The position numbers were made by a program, and so were the translations under genes. From positions 96 through 64,095 of the forward strand of contig DATHQH010000061.1 in the NCBI GenBank assembly GCA_035482895.1: a stretch of 64,000 nucleotides of DNA. Reading direction: 5' to 3'. The notes under the pieces were generated by a model. It had not been told where the DNA came from. It ran no database searches and saw nothing but the letters and a program-made list of their open reading frames with translations. Positions 1 through 7,822 of the stretch are shown piece after piece. Every line of letters starts with the position of its first letter. Position 1 is the stretch's first letter. The DNA comes from Alloacidobacterium sp. (GTDB lineage: Bacteria; Acidobacteriota; Terriglobia; Terriglobales; Acidobacteriaceae).

Positions 1-943
1 GCTGACCAACACAAATTGGGATTTGTTGAAAGTGAGAATGCATCCCATAAAGAAGAAGGGCCAGCACATCTCGAGATTTCCATCGAGCGCTCAAGGAAGA
101 CCGCAAAGAGAACCCCGAGAATATGGCACACCAAAGAATAACTGGCAGCACTGATTGAGAAAGAATGGATGCAATTATCGCAACGATAGGGGAAAGCCCC
201 CAGAATATTCCCCGTTTCAAATTATTGGTCCGCTCAGAACTCCAAAAAGGATTTTCCGTGTCCCGATATCGCCGCGAGACCTCAGCATATGCATACCCGG
301 TTCGAACAGCGCGCTTCCAATACTGCCGAAACCGCGTCATGGCTAGATCGTGACCCACCATTGGGGCATCCATGTTAAATATGCGATAACCGTGAGCTCT
401 GATTCTGCAGCATAGTTCTGGTTCCTCGCCAGCGATGAGGGTCGCATCGTAGCCCCCTGCCGCTTGGAGGGCACACCGACGCATAAGAACGTTTCCTCCG
501 CATAAGTCCACCTCACCCGTGGGATAGATCCAATCCAGATCGAGAACCCTGTTGTATAGGGAGGCTTCCGGGTGGATTTCGCGTAGACGACCCCAAACTG
601 AGGCAAGCGATGAATCTGCGGTGATCATGTCAAGGGCCCGAGAGGGAAAGTCGGGATGAAGGACGGTATCGCCATCTAAAAACAGAACAAAGTCAAAGGA
701 CGCACTTCTCCAACCTGTATCTCTTCCAAGAGCCGCGGTGGGCCGATCCGTATTGAGTATAATGACTCTTGCTCCAAACGATGCTGCAACTTCTGGACTG
801 CCATCGGTTGACCCAGAGTCCACGTAGATCATTTCAATCTCAGCCCCGAGGTCGTGCACGTCATGAATCGACTGCAGGCATCGCATCAGGCGCGGCCCTT
901 CATTCCGGCCTATCACCACAATAGAGAGTCCTCGAGTAGTCAT
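1..943 (-). CDS. Glycosyltransferase family 2 (N-terminal ~314 aa; 3' end runs off the left window edge)
   Basis: Own translation of the minus strand from ATG at 943 gives MTTRGLSIVVIGRNEGPRLMRCLQSI...YVDSGSTDGS...FLDGDT (GT-A fold with DxD). I checked every codon of this frame down to position 2 and found no stop. It is missing from the ORF track because it has no in-window stop. Track ORF 343..606 is a different frame. Confidence 0.8.
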   Translation of the reverse strand, partial: MTTRGLSIVVIGRNEGPRLMRCLQSIHDVHDLGAEIEMIYVDSGSTDGSPEVAASFGARVIILNTDRPTAALGRDTGWRSASFDFVLFLDGDTVLHPDFPSRALDMITADSSLASVWGRLREIHPEASLYNRVLDLDWIYPTGEVDLCGGNVLMRRCALQAAGGYDATLIAGEEPELCCRIRAHGYRIFNMDAPMVGHDLAMTRFRQYWKRAVRTGYAYAEVSRRYRDTENPFWSSERTNNLKRGIFWGLSPIVAIIASILSQSVLPVILWCAIFSGFSLRSSLSARWKSRDVLALLLYGMHSHFQQIPICVGQ

Positions 944-1081
944 TGGTTTCCCTTCAATCCGCTTCGATGTTCGCAAGGTTGGCTGACCACCTGTTGATTG
1001 AGTTGCGAACCGAAGCGCGCAACGATTCGACGATAAGACGAATGACAGGCAGGCGGTCCTGTCACCGTCATTGAGGGACAA

Positions 1082-2500
1082 CTAGGAACCGTATTCAGCC
1101 TGGGCTTTTTCTCTTTTATCGGCGATCCCGTACTTCTGCAGTTTGTAGAGAAAAGCTCTGTACTCTAGATTGAGCCGAGCTGCGGCCTGGCGACGATTCC
1201 ACCGTGTTGCTTCAAGGGCTTCCAGCAAGAGCTTAGATTCAGCCTGGCGCGATTGTTTGGCAAGACGATCCATCGAAAGACTATTGTCTCCATCCACAAG
1301 ACGATCGTGGCCCGAAGTTGCAACAGGTTTTGATGCGGAGCAGTCCCCACTCTGAGTCAGTTCATCGATGAGCATCGAAGAACTCTGATAAACAAGAAAA
1401 CGACGCATGATATTTTCCAGTTCGCGCACGTTGCCCGGCCAACGATACTCCAGTATCGCTTGTCGCAGTTCGTCCGTGATCTCAGGCATTACCGCGCCCG
1501 GTCGCAGGTGTCTGCGCAAAAGCACTTCAGCCAGAGGCAAGATTTCGTTTTTACGATCACGCAAGGGAGGAATGAGAAGATTGATAACGTTCAGGCGGTA
1601 ATACAAATCTTCTCGAAAGGTACCTTGTTCAATGGCTCGCCGCAAATCGCGGTGAGTCGCCGCCAAAATCCGCACGTTTACTTTGACCGTACGGTTACTG
1701 CCCAAAGGCTGTATCTCACCATCCTGCAATACCTGGAGAAGCTTCGCTTGAAGGCGAATATCCATATCGCCAATTTCATCGAGAAGGATCGTTCCTCCTT
1801 GGGCAATCTCAAACTTACCCGGCTTGTCGATCACAGCGCCGGTGAACGCTCCCTTCTCATAACCGAACAGTTCACTTTCAACGAGCTCTGAAGGCAGAGC
1901 TGCACAGTTCAATTTAAGAAACGGTTTATGGGCGCGGGGGGAATACGCGCAGAGGCGCCGGGCCATGACTTCTTTTCCTACACCGGTTTCACCATGTAGA
2001 AGAACCGGGACGTCCGCCATGCCAACACGCGTCAGAAATGCCGTGGAGAACAAGGGCAGATTTCCACCCAGTGATTCTTCCGATTCGACATTTCTCTCAT
2101 CCTGTTTCGCCTTCTCCGCTAGAATTGCTGCAGTGCTCACTGAATTCTGAACTGTTTCTACCAGACCATCCAAAGCAGAGGGCTTTGGCAACATGTAGAT
2201 GTTGCCATTTCGGACAGGCAGATCGATTGGCAGGCTTCTCGAATTTTCTGGAAGCAGAAGAATCTGAAGATGCGGATGAATTAAGGAGATTTCCGACAAC
2301 ACGTGGAAATCCTGTTCGCGTCGCATGGTTACGTTGCAGAACAGTGCAACCGACGCGGCGCACGCTGGGTCACGAAGATACAATACAGCCTCGGGAATGT
2401 CTTTCAAGGAAAGAAGACTGTAATCTCTTTCTCCAAGCCCTTGGTTCAGACAGGCATGCACTTCCCTATGTTCCCCAACCACCACAATTTCACCTAACAT
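1082..2500 (-). CDS. Sigma-54-dependent transcriptional activator (bacterial enhancer-binding protein) with degenerate receiver-like N-terminus
   Basis: AAA+ core motifs are present: Walker A GETGVGKE, the sigma-54 contact loop [15 protein letters not shown], Walker B ILLDEIGD, and [10 protein letters not shown]. The C-terminus carries a Fis-type HTH ([20 protein letters not shown]). I chose the start at ATG 2500 (MLGEIVVV) because AAGGAAA precedes it; the track ORF extends to 2596. Confidence 0.9.
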   Translation of the reverse strand: MLGEIVVVGEHREVHACLNQGLGERDYSLLSLKDIPEAVLYLRDPACAASVALFCNVTMRREQDFHVLSEISLIHPHLQILLLPENSRSLPIDLPVRNGNIYMLPKPSALDGLVETVQNSVSTAAILAEKAKQDERNVESEESLGGNLPLFSTAFLTRVGMADVPVLLHGETGVGKEVMARRLCAYSPRAHKPFLKLNCAALPSELVESELFGYEKGAFTGAVIDKPGKFEIAQGGTILLDEIGDMDIRLQAKLLQVLQDGEIQPLGSNRTVKVNVRILAATHRDLRRAIEQGTFREDLYYRLNVINLLIPPLRDRKNEILPLAEVLLRRHLRPGAVMPEITDELRQAILEYRWPGNVRELENIMRRFLVYQSSSMLIDELTQSGDCSASKPVATSGHDRLVDGDNSLSMDRLAKQSRQAESKLLLEALEATRWNRRQAAARLNLEYRAFLYKLQKYGIADKREKAQAEYGS

Positions 2501-3062
2501 ATTTTCCTTAACTCGTATCTGCCAGAATGTTAGAAGAATCTCTAACTGATAATTCTTCGTCTGTGCGACGCATTGACCCATCAACCCATTTGCCATTATT
2601 TACGTCGCTCAACGTTTGACCGTACAGTCGAGTCCAATTGCTGTTGTGGGCAACAACTTTTTGCATTAGCACGAGCAGAAGTGGGTACACTCTTAATACT
2701 GTTACATTCCGCGTGCTGTAACAACCATTCTTTTGTATTTGTTACCATTTACCTTCAGTCGTATACCCTTTCCGTTCCAAAAGTAAGTTACTTGATGGCA
2801 GGATCGATATGTCTTTGCCACAAATCGTTCCCCATCGTGAGAAAACTCCTTATATATCATCAAGATCGGAGTTTTCTGCTTCTCTCATATGTTCTTTTTG
2901 GGTTGCTCTTTTGAACATCTGGCCCCCCATGCACAAAAGCCAATCAACTTTTCAGAAACTTTTCGTCTTTTTGGAAACATTGAAGAAAGATCGGAAGGCT
3001 TCAGAAGGCTTTCCCTTCCCCGAAGTGCAACAAAATGTTGACACACGCTCGATTGAGGACTT

Positions 3063-3077
3063 TGGCACAGCGATTGC
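3063..3077 (+). promoter_or_regulatory. Candidate sigma-54 (-24/-12) promoter TGGCAC-N5-TTGC
   Basis: The sequence is TGGCACagcgaTTGCc, with GG at 3064-3065 and GC at 3076-3077 (exactly 10 nt between them). It lies ~30 nt upstream of the GTG start at 3107 and is followed by AAGGGG (3092-3097) as a ribosome-binding site. The sigma-54 activator gene is divergent from it. Confidence 0.6.
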
Positions 3078-3106
3078 CTAATGGAAAGTAGCAAGGGGTA
3101 CCAACA

Positions 3107-3370
3107 GTGCCAATTCATCGTGATCTCTATCCAAATTTGAAGCTGAGGATCTACACCAGCGGTCTCCGCCAGAACAGAATGGCGAAAATCCTGGGGATCG
3201 ACGAAGCACACCTCAGCAAAATCATCAATGGCTTCCGTGAGCCCAGCGATGACCTGCGAACGCAGATTGCGGAAATACTGCACTGCGATGCGGAGTGGTT
3301 ATTCCACAAGGTTTTTATAACCGAGGACGACCCGATTATCGATGGCAACCAAATGCAACCGAACAAATAA
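3107..3370 (+). CDS. Small XRE-family helix-turn-helix transcriptional regulator
   Basis: 87 aa with an HTH_3-like segment: LRQNRMAKILGIDEAHLSKIINGFREPSDDLRTQIAEIL. It starts at GTG with a ribosome-binding site 9 nt upstream. Confidence 0.7.
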   Translation: MPIHRDLYPNLKLRIYTSGLRQNRMAKILGIDEAHLSKIINGFREPSDDLRTQIAEILHCDAEWLFHKVFITEDDPIIDGNQMQPNK

Positions 3371-3500
3371 AGATTCGGGCATTCACTTTACCTATTTCTC
3401 GTTGTGTTATTTCCGATAAGCACGTAATGAATGGTTGAAATCAGTCATGTGACTGACATGGGCGAAGCCCGCCCGCAACACGAAGGACTGCAATAGGAAT

Positions 3501-4049
3501 ATGGAAAACAATACATGCAACGCTACTGCCTGGTTCGCTCTTCAAACTCGATATCGGTATGAAGATCGTATTGCAACCGAGCTGCATAACAAGGGGTTTG
3601 AAAGCTACCTCCCCACTTTGCGCGAAACCCACATATGGAAAGATCGCAAGAAGGTCATGGATGTTCCGGCATTCGGCGGCTACCTGTTTGCCCGCTTTGA
3701 GCCCTCTCTCCATAATCGCGTGCGCGTTCTGGAAACTGCGGGAGTGGTGAAGCTGCTTGGAAACCATGGAATGCCCGAGCCAGTTTCGCAGACAGAGATT
3801 GAATCATTGAGATTAGCGCTTCAAAGCGGGATGCCCTGCTCCAGGGAACCCTATGTTGAGATCGGTGCGCCGGTGCGTGTTTGCCGCGGGCCGCTATCTG
3901 GTCTGGAGGGTCGAGTTCTTCGTAAAGGGAACAAGCTGACAGTTTTCGTAAACATCGCATCCGTGTGCCAGGCGATCGCGGTCGAAGTTCCGATGGACGA
4001 TCTCCAACCAATGGATGGGACGCAAGCGATCCCCCTTCTCTTAAATTAG
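3501..4049 (+). CDS. NusG-paralog transcription antiterminator (UpxY/RfaH/LoaP-like), NGN + KOW
   Basis: The NGN-like N-terminus reads WFALQTRYRYEDRIATELHNKGFESYLP...VPAFGGYLFARF. The KOW-like segment reads GAPVRVCRGPLSGLEGRVLRKGNKLTVFVNI. It sits at the head of a long polysaccharide operon. Confidence 0.8.
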   Translation: MENNTCNATAWFALQTRYRYEDRIATELHNKGFESYLPTLRETHIWKDRKKVMDVPAFGGYLFARFEPSLHNRVRVLETAGVVKLLGNHGMPEPVSQTEIESLRLALQSGMPCSREPYVEIGAPVRVCRGPLSGLEGRVLRKGNKLTVFVNIASVCQAIAVEVPMDDLQPMDGTQAIPLLLN

Positions 4050-4102
4050 CAGTCAGCGACCACCGGCTTGTGCCTTTACAGCTCCCCCAGAGAGCGATAT
4101 GC

Positions 4103-5398
4103 ATGGCAACGACACTTCCGTACACCACAGCTGTATTAGGTGTGCCATTTCACAGCGTAACGATCGATGAAGCAATTGATTTTATAGAAGAAAAAATTGA
4201 CGAAGGCGGCTTCCATCAGGTTGCCACTGCAAACGTTGATTTCCTCATGCATTCCATGCGTGATAAAGGCCTGCAGGAAATCCTCTGCTCCTGCGATTTA
4301 GTGGTGCCGGATGGGATGCCGATTCTTTGGGCGGCTAAGTTACTTGGCAGTTCACTGAAAGAACGTGTTTGTGGAATCGACCTGGTTCCACGGTTGGCGA
4401 AGCTTTGCCTAGAACGTCATTTTAGTATTTTTCTCCTTGGCGCCTCCGACGCTGTTTCGGCCCGTGCTGCGGACAATTTGAAAAGAAGCTTCCCTGGACT
4501 TCGCATTGCAGGACGCTACTCACCGCCAGCCCGTCCACTCAAGCAAATGAACCATGAAGAAATTCTTCAGAAGATCGCACAGGCAAAACCGGATATCCTG
4601 CTTGTCGCCTTCGGCAATCCTAAGCAGGAAAAATGGATAGCCATGCATCGTGATCGGCTCCGGGTTCCGGTATGTATTGGAGTAGGTGGTTCATTCGACT
4701 TTGTGGCTGGCTCAGTATCCCGCGCGCCTGGGTGGATGCAGAATTGCGGGCTGGAATGGCTCTACCGTGTATCACAGGAACCGAAACGTCTTGCACAACG
4801 GTATTTTCATGACGCAGTTGGTTTAGCCGTACATATGCCGTCCCAACTCTTTACAACTGCCCTACAGCCGCGCAACAAGGTCCGATCGGGTGTCTTTCTT
4901 GACCACATCGGAACTACAGATGTCATTTCGGTCTATGGCGACTTTACTGGACCAATGGTGAAAGAGTTTCAGTCTCTCGCCAGCACAGCGATCGCAAATG
5001 GAATGAATATGGTCATGAATCTTGCAGAAACAACATATATAGGAACGGATGCTCTTGGTTCCATGATCCAGATTTCGTCGGCCCTGCGGCAATCCAAGCG
5101 AGAGCTCTGGCTGGCAGAAATGCGCCCTCATTTGCGGCGTATGCTGCAAAGCGCGCACCTCAACATGTATTTCATGACGACGACAAGCGTTGATGATGCA
5201 ATTCACAGGGCTGAACGGGCAGAACAACGTCATCACACACGCGCGACAGCGACACGTCGAGCAAACCGCATGGCACACGCGACCGTTCAGGTCAGATTTG
5301 AAATCTTGCAGGACATTTGCCAGAAAATTGCGGTCAACACTCCCGACATGCGCCATACGGCTCGCGGTACATCAGCAGGTTATGTACTTCCTACGTAA
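4103..5398 (+). CDS. WecB/TagA/CpsF-family (GT26) glycosyltransferase fused to a C-terminal STAS domain
   Basis: GT26 motifs: LGVPFHSVTIDEAIDFI...VATANVDFLM...LVVPDGMPILWAAK...FGNPKQEKW...GVGGSFDF...PGWMQNCGLEWLYR. The C-terminal ~110 aa aligns position by position with the RsbV-like protein at 39835..40185 (ISVYGDFT...MVMNLAETTYIGTDALGSMI...LWLAEMRPHLRRMLQSAHLNMYF). The start is taken at ATG 4103 (MATTLPY); the track ORF begins at 3965, inside the upstream gene. Confidence 0.85.
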   Translation: MATTLPYTTAVLGVPFHSVTIDEAIDFIEEKIDEGGFHQVATANVDFLMHSMRDKGLQEILCSCDLVVPDGMPILWAAKLLGSSLKERVCGIDLVPRLAKLCLERHFSIFLLGASDAVSARAADNLKRSFPGLRIAGRYSPPARPLKQMNHEEILQKIAQAKPDILLVAFGNPKQEKWIAMHRDRLRVPVCIGVGGSFDFVAGSVSRAPGWMQNCGLEWLYRVSQEPKRLAQRYFHDAVGLAVHMPSQLFTTALQPRNKVRSGVFLDHIGTTDVISVYGDFTGPMVKEFQSLASTAIANGMNMVMNLAETTYIGTDALGSMIQISSALRQSKRELWLAEMRPHLRRMLQSAHLNMYFMTTTSVDDAIHRAERAEQRHHTRATATRRANRMAHATVQVRFEILQDICQKIAVNTPDMRHTARGTSAGYVLPT

Positions 5399-5464
5399 AG
5401 ATCGAGATTAGAACTGGAACACTAAACCGCGATCAGACCTTAGCAGGCGCAGCAAATATTCCCG

Positions 5465-6655
5465 ATGCTCTCAATGCATATATTGTTTTCCATAATCGGT
5501 TCGTTTCTCGTGGTCATTACGGCACCATTGGTTGTCGAGCTTTTGCTCGTTACCATCGCGAGCCTGCTGCCCAGGGGAGATACACAAAGCGTAATCGGGC
5601 ACGACACTCATCGACTGGCCGTAGTCATACCAGCGCACAATGAGGAAACTTCTATCAGCCGTTGTGTCGAAAGCTTGCGTGTTTCGGCAGATCACAGTGT
5701 CAAAGTGTACGTTGTCGCTCATAACTGCACCGATTTGACGGCCCAGCTAGCAAAGTCCGCAGGTGCCGAAGTTCTCGTCTATGACGATCCTGAGGCCATC
5801 GGGAAAGGGCATGTGCTCCGGTTTGGTTTTCAACATTCGATCCAGTGTGGAGCAGATGCTGTTTTGGTCGTTGACGCAGACTCTGTTGTATCCGTGAACC
5901 TTCTCCCCGCGGTGCAAAGTGCTTTCTCTCAAGGCGTCGAAGCCGTCCAATGCCGCTATGAGATGAAAGGCGCAAAAGGACAGGTTAAGACCGAGCTGAT
6001 TTCGCTCGCACTCCGCGGTTTCAACTTCATTCGTCCACTCGGACGTCAGCGAATCGGATTATCTGCAGGAATCTTAGGTAACGGTTTTGCGCTCTCTGCA
6101 AATGTCCTCAAGGATGTGCCCTATGATGCGCTGTCGGTTGTTGAGGACCTTGAATATCATCTGCATCTGGTTCTGGCAGGCAAGCGCGTTCATTTCCTCG
6201 ATGAAGCGGTCGTTTCATCTGAACTTCCGACCTCAACTAAAGGTGAGACCGTACAACATTCCCGTTGGGAGGGAGGCCGGTTACGGGTTGCGCACACGTG
6301 GCTGCCTAAACTGCTCAAGGAGCTTTTACGCGGCAAACTGACTGTCCTTGAACCGCTGCTCGACCTGGCCGGGTTGCCCATTGCCTTCGGTATGATGGCC
6401 TTGCTATCAGCCGCCTGCTTACCTTTGTCATGGGTGCGCCTATATGTGGTGCTGGCAATGACAGTCTTATTGGCCCATGTTTTAAGGGCAATCTCGGCCG
6501 GTCCAAGACGTCTTCATGCGCTTCGCGTGTTATTGCTGGTGCCCTTTTATCTTCTTTGGAAGCTCCGTCTCATTCCGAGTGTCTTGCGCGCTTCCAGCGC
6601 GAAGGCGGCATGGATCCGGACTGATCGCAAAGCAGAGGACAGGATTGCTGCATGA
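5465..6655 (+). CDS. Membrane-embedded processive family-2 glycosyltransferase (synthase-like, QxxRW)
   Basis: It has an N-terminal TM helix and GT-A motifs VVIPAHNEE and VVDADS, plus an ED motif (VVEDLEYH). QHSRW lies at 6254..6268, and several C-terminal TM helices follow. Confidence 0.85.
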   Translation: MLSMHILFSIIGSFLVVITAPLVVELLLVTIASLLPRGDTQSVIGHDTHRLAVVIPAHNEETSISRCVESLRVSADHSVKVYVVAHNCTDLTAQLAKSAGAEVLVYDDPEAIGKGHVLRFGFQHSIQCGADAVLVVDADSVVSVNLLPAVQSAFSQGVEAVQCRYEMKGAKGQVKTELISLALRGFNFIRPLGRQRIGLSAGILGNGFALSANVLKDVPYDALSVVEDLEYHLHLVLAGKRVHFLDEAVVSSELPTSTKGETVQHSRWEGGRLRVAHTWLPKLLKELLRGKLTVLEPLLDLAGLPIAFGMMALLSAACLPLSWVRLYVVLAMTVLLAHVLRAISAGPRRLHALRVLLLVPFYLLWKLRLIPSVLRASSAKAAWIRTDRKAEDRIAA

Positions 6656-6726
6656 ACACCTGCCCACTGCAACATATATCTCACACGAACCGATCGCTCA
6701 CACGTGACATCAAGAGGTTCTCTCTT

Positions 6727-7725
6727 ATGAAATATTCATCCTTCATCTTTACTACGTCCGTAATTGCATTGACCGTGCTGCTATTTCCATCAAATGGTAA
6801 TGCCCAACAGGCTGTTGCTAACAATCCGCAACCCGACACGCCGCAGCTCAAGATCAGCCCGTTGAAAGCCATGCAAAACTTTGAACCGCCGGCAGATGAA
6901 GAATATGAGATTGGGCCAGGAGACGAAATCAATATCGATGTCGCCGGATATCCTGAACTAACTGGGAAGCGTACTGTGGGCCCGGACGGAAGAATTACGT
7001 TGCCGGTTGCCGGCTCGATTCAAATTGCAAACCAGACACGCGAGAAAGCGGCCAAGACCCTTCAGGATGCGCTGACCTCTTATTACACGAACCCTTCTGT
7101 CACAATTGGCATTGACAAATACGGCTCGAATCGCGTGTTGATCCTCGGCAATGTACAACACCCCGGCGTGTTGTATTACGACACGACGCCGACGCTTCTG
7201 GATGCAATTGCTCGAGGAGGCCTGATGGCCAATTCGAACACGCGAGACAGCATTCCTGAAAAATGCATAATCTACCGTGGCAACGATCAAGCTTTGACCG
7301 TTGAGCTGAAACAACTACTGCAAACCGGAAGCTCAATGGCCGATATTCGCCTTCGCCGTAACGACATTGTCTTTGTCCCTGTACAGCAACAAGATTTTGT
7401 ATCCATACTCGGCGAAGTGCAGCATCCAGGCCCCCAACCTCTTACACCGGAGTTGAACCTCCGACTGGCAATTACCGAGGCGGGCGGACCTACCGACGGG
7501 GCAGGGGAAACTCCCACAATTCACATTGTTCAACCGTCGACCAACAAGACCCTTACCATTACGTGGAAAGAACTCATGACACCAAGTGGCGGGAACGAAG
7601 TGACATTGCATGCAGGCGACATGATCTTCATCCCCAAAAGTGGTTTCGAAAAATTTGCCACCGTCGTTTCAAAGATCAGCCCTCTGGCCACACTTATGAC
7701 AGTCGGAGCGTTGGCTGCACCTTAG
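6727..7725 (+). CDS. Polysaccharide export protein (Wza/Poly_export + SLBB type)
   Basis: The signal peptide is MKYSSFIFTTSVIALTVLLFPSNGNAQQ. The Poly_export motif is YEIGPGDEINIDVAGYPELTGKRTVGPDGRITLPVAGSIQIA, and SLBB-like repeats follow (ILGNVQHPG, ILGEVQHPG). An alternative start at 6652 (ATGA overlap with the upstream stop) would add 25 aa in front of the signal peptide. Confidence 0.85.
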   Translation: MKYSSFIFTTSVIALTVLLFPSNGNAQQAVANNPQPDTPQLKISPLKAMQNFEPPADEEYEIGPGDEINIDVAGYPELTGKRTVGPDGRITLPVAGSIQIANQTREKAAKTLQDALTSYYTNPSVTIGIDKYGSNRVLILGNVQHPGVLYYDTTPTLLDAIARGGLMANSNTRDSIPEKCIIYRGNDQALTVELKQLLQTGSSMADIRLRRNDIVFVPVQQQDFVSILGEVQHPGPQPLTPELNLRLAITEAGGPTDGAGETPTIHIVQPSTNKTLTITWKELMTPSGGNEVTLHAGDMIFIPKSGFEKFATVVSKISPLATLMTVGALAAP

Positions 7726-7822
7726 CATGGACCACAGATTCTGCAACCTTGCACTCGATAGCTGACACAAGAATCCCCCGACACTGGATGAATAACGACC
7801 AGATACTAAGGAACCCATCACA

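Noticed and set aside
124-129. TGGCAC hexamer near the left edge
   Set aside because: It lies inside the GT2 coding sequence and has no TTGC element at the -12 position.
343-606. Track ORF (87 aa, minus strand)
   Set aside because: It is out of frame with the clearly homologous GT2 reading frame, which runs uninterrupted from 943 to the window edge. It is a shadow ORF.
2573-3283. Track ORFs 2573..2914 (+), 2809..3081 (+) and 2885..3283 (-) in the divergent control region
   Set aside because: They have no ribosome-binding sites and no recognisable families. They are hydrophobic, low-complexity translations of AT-rich DNA. They also overlap the sigma-54 promoter and the XRE gene. I treat the region as regulatory DNA.
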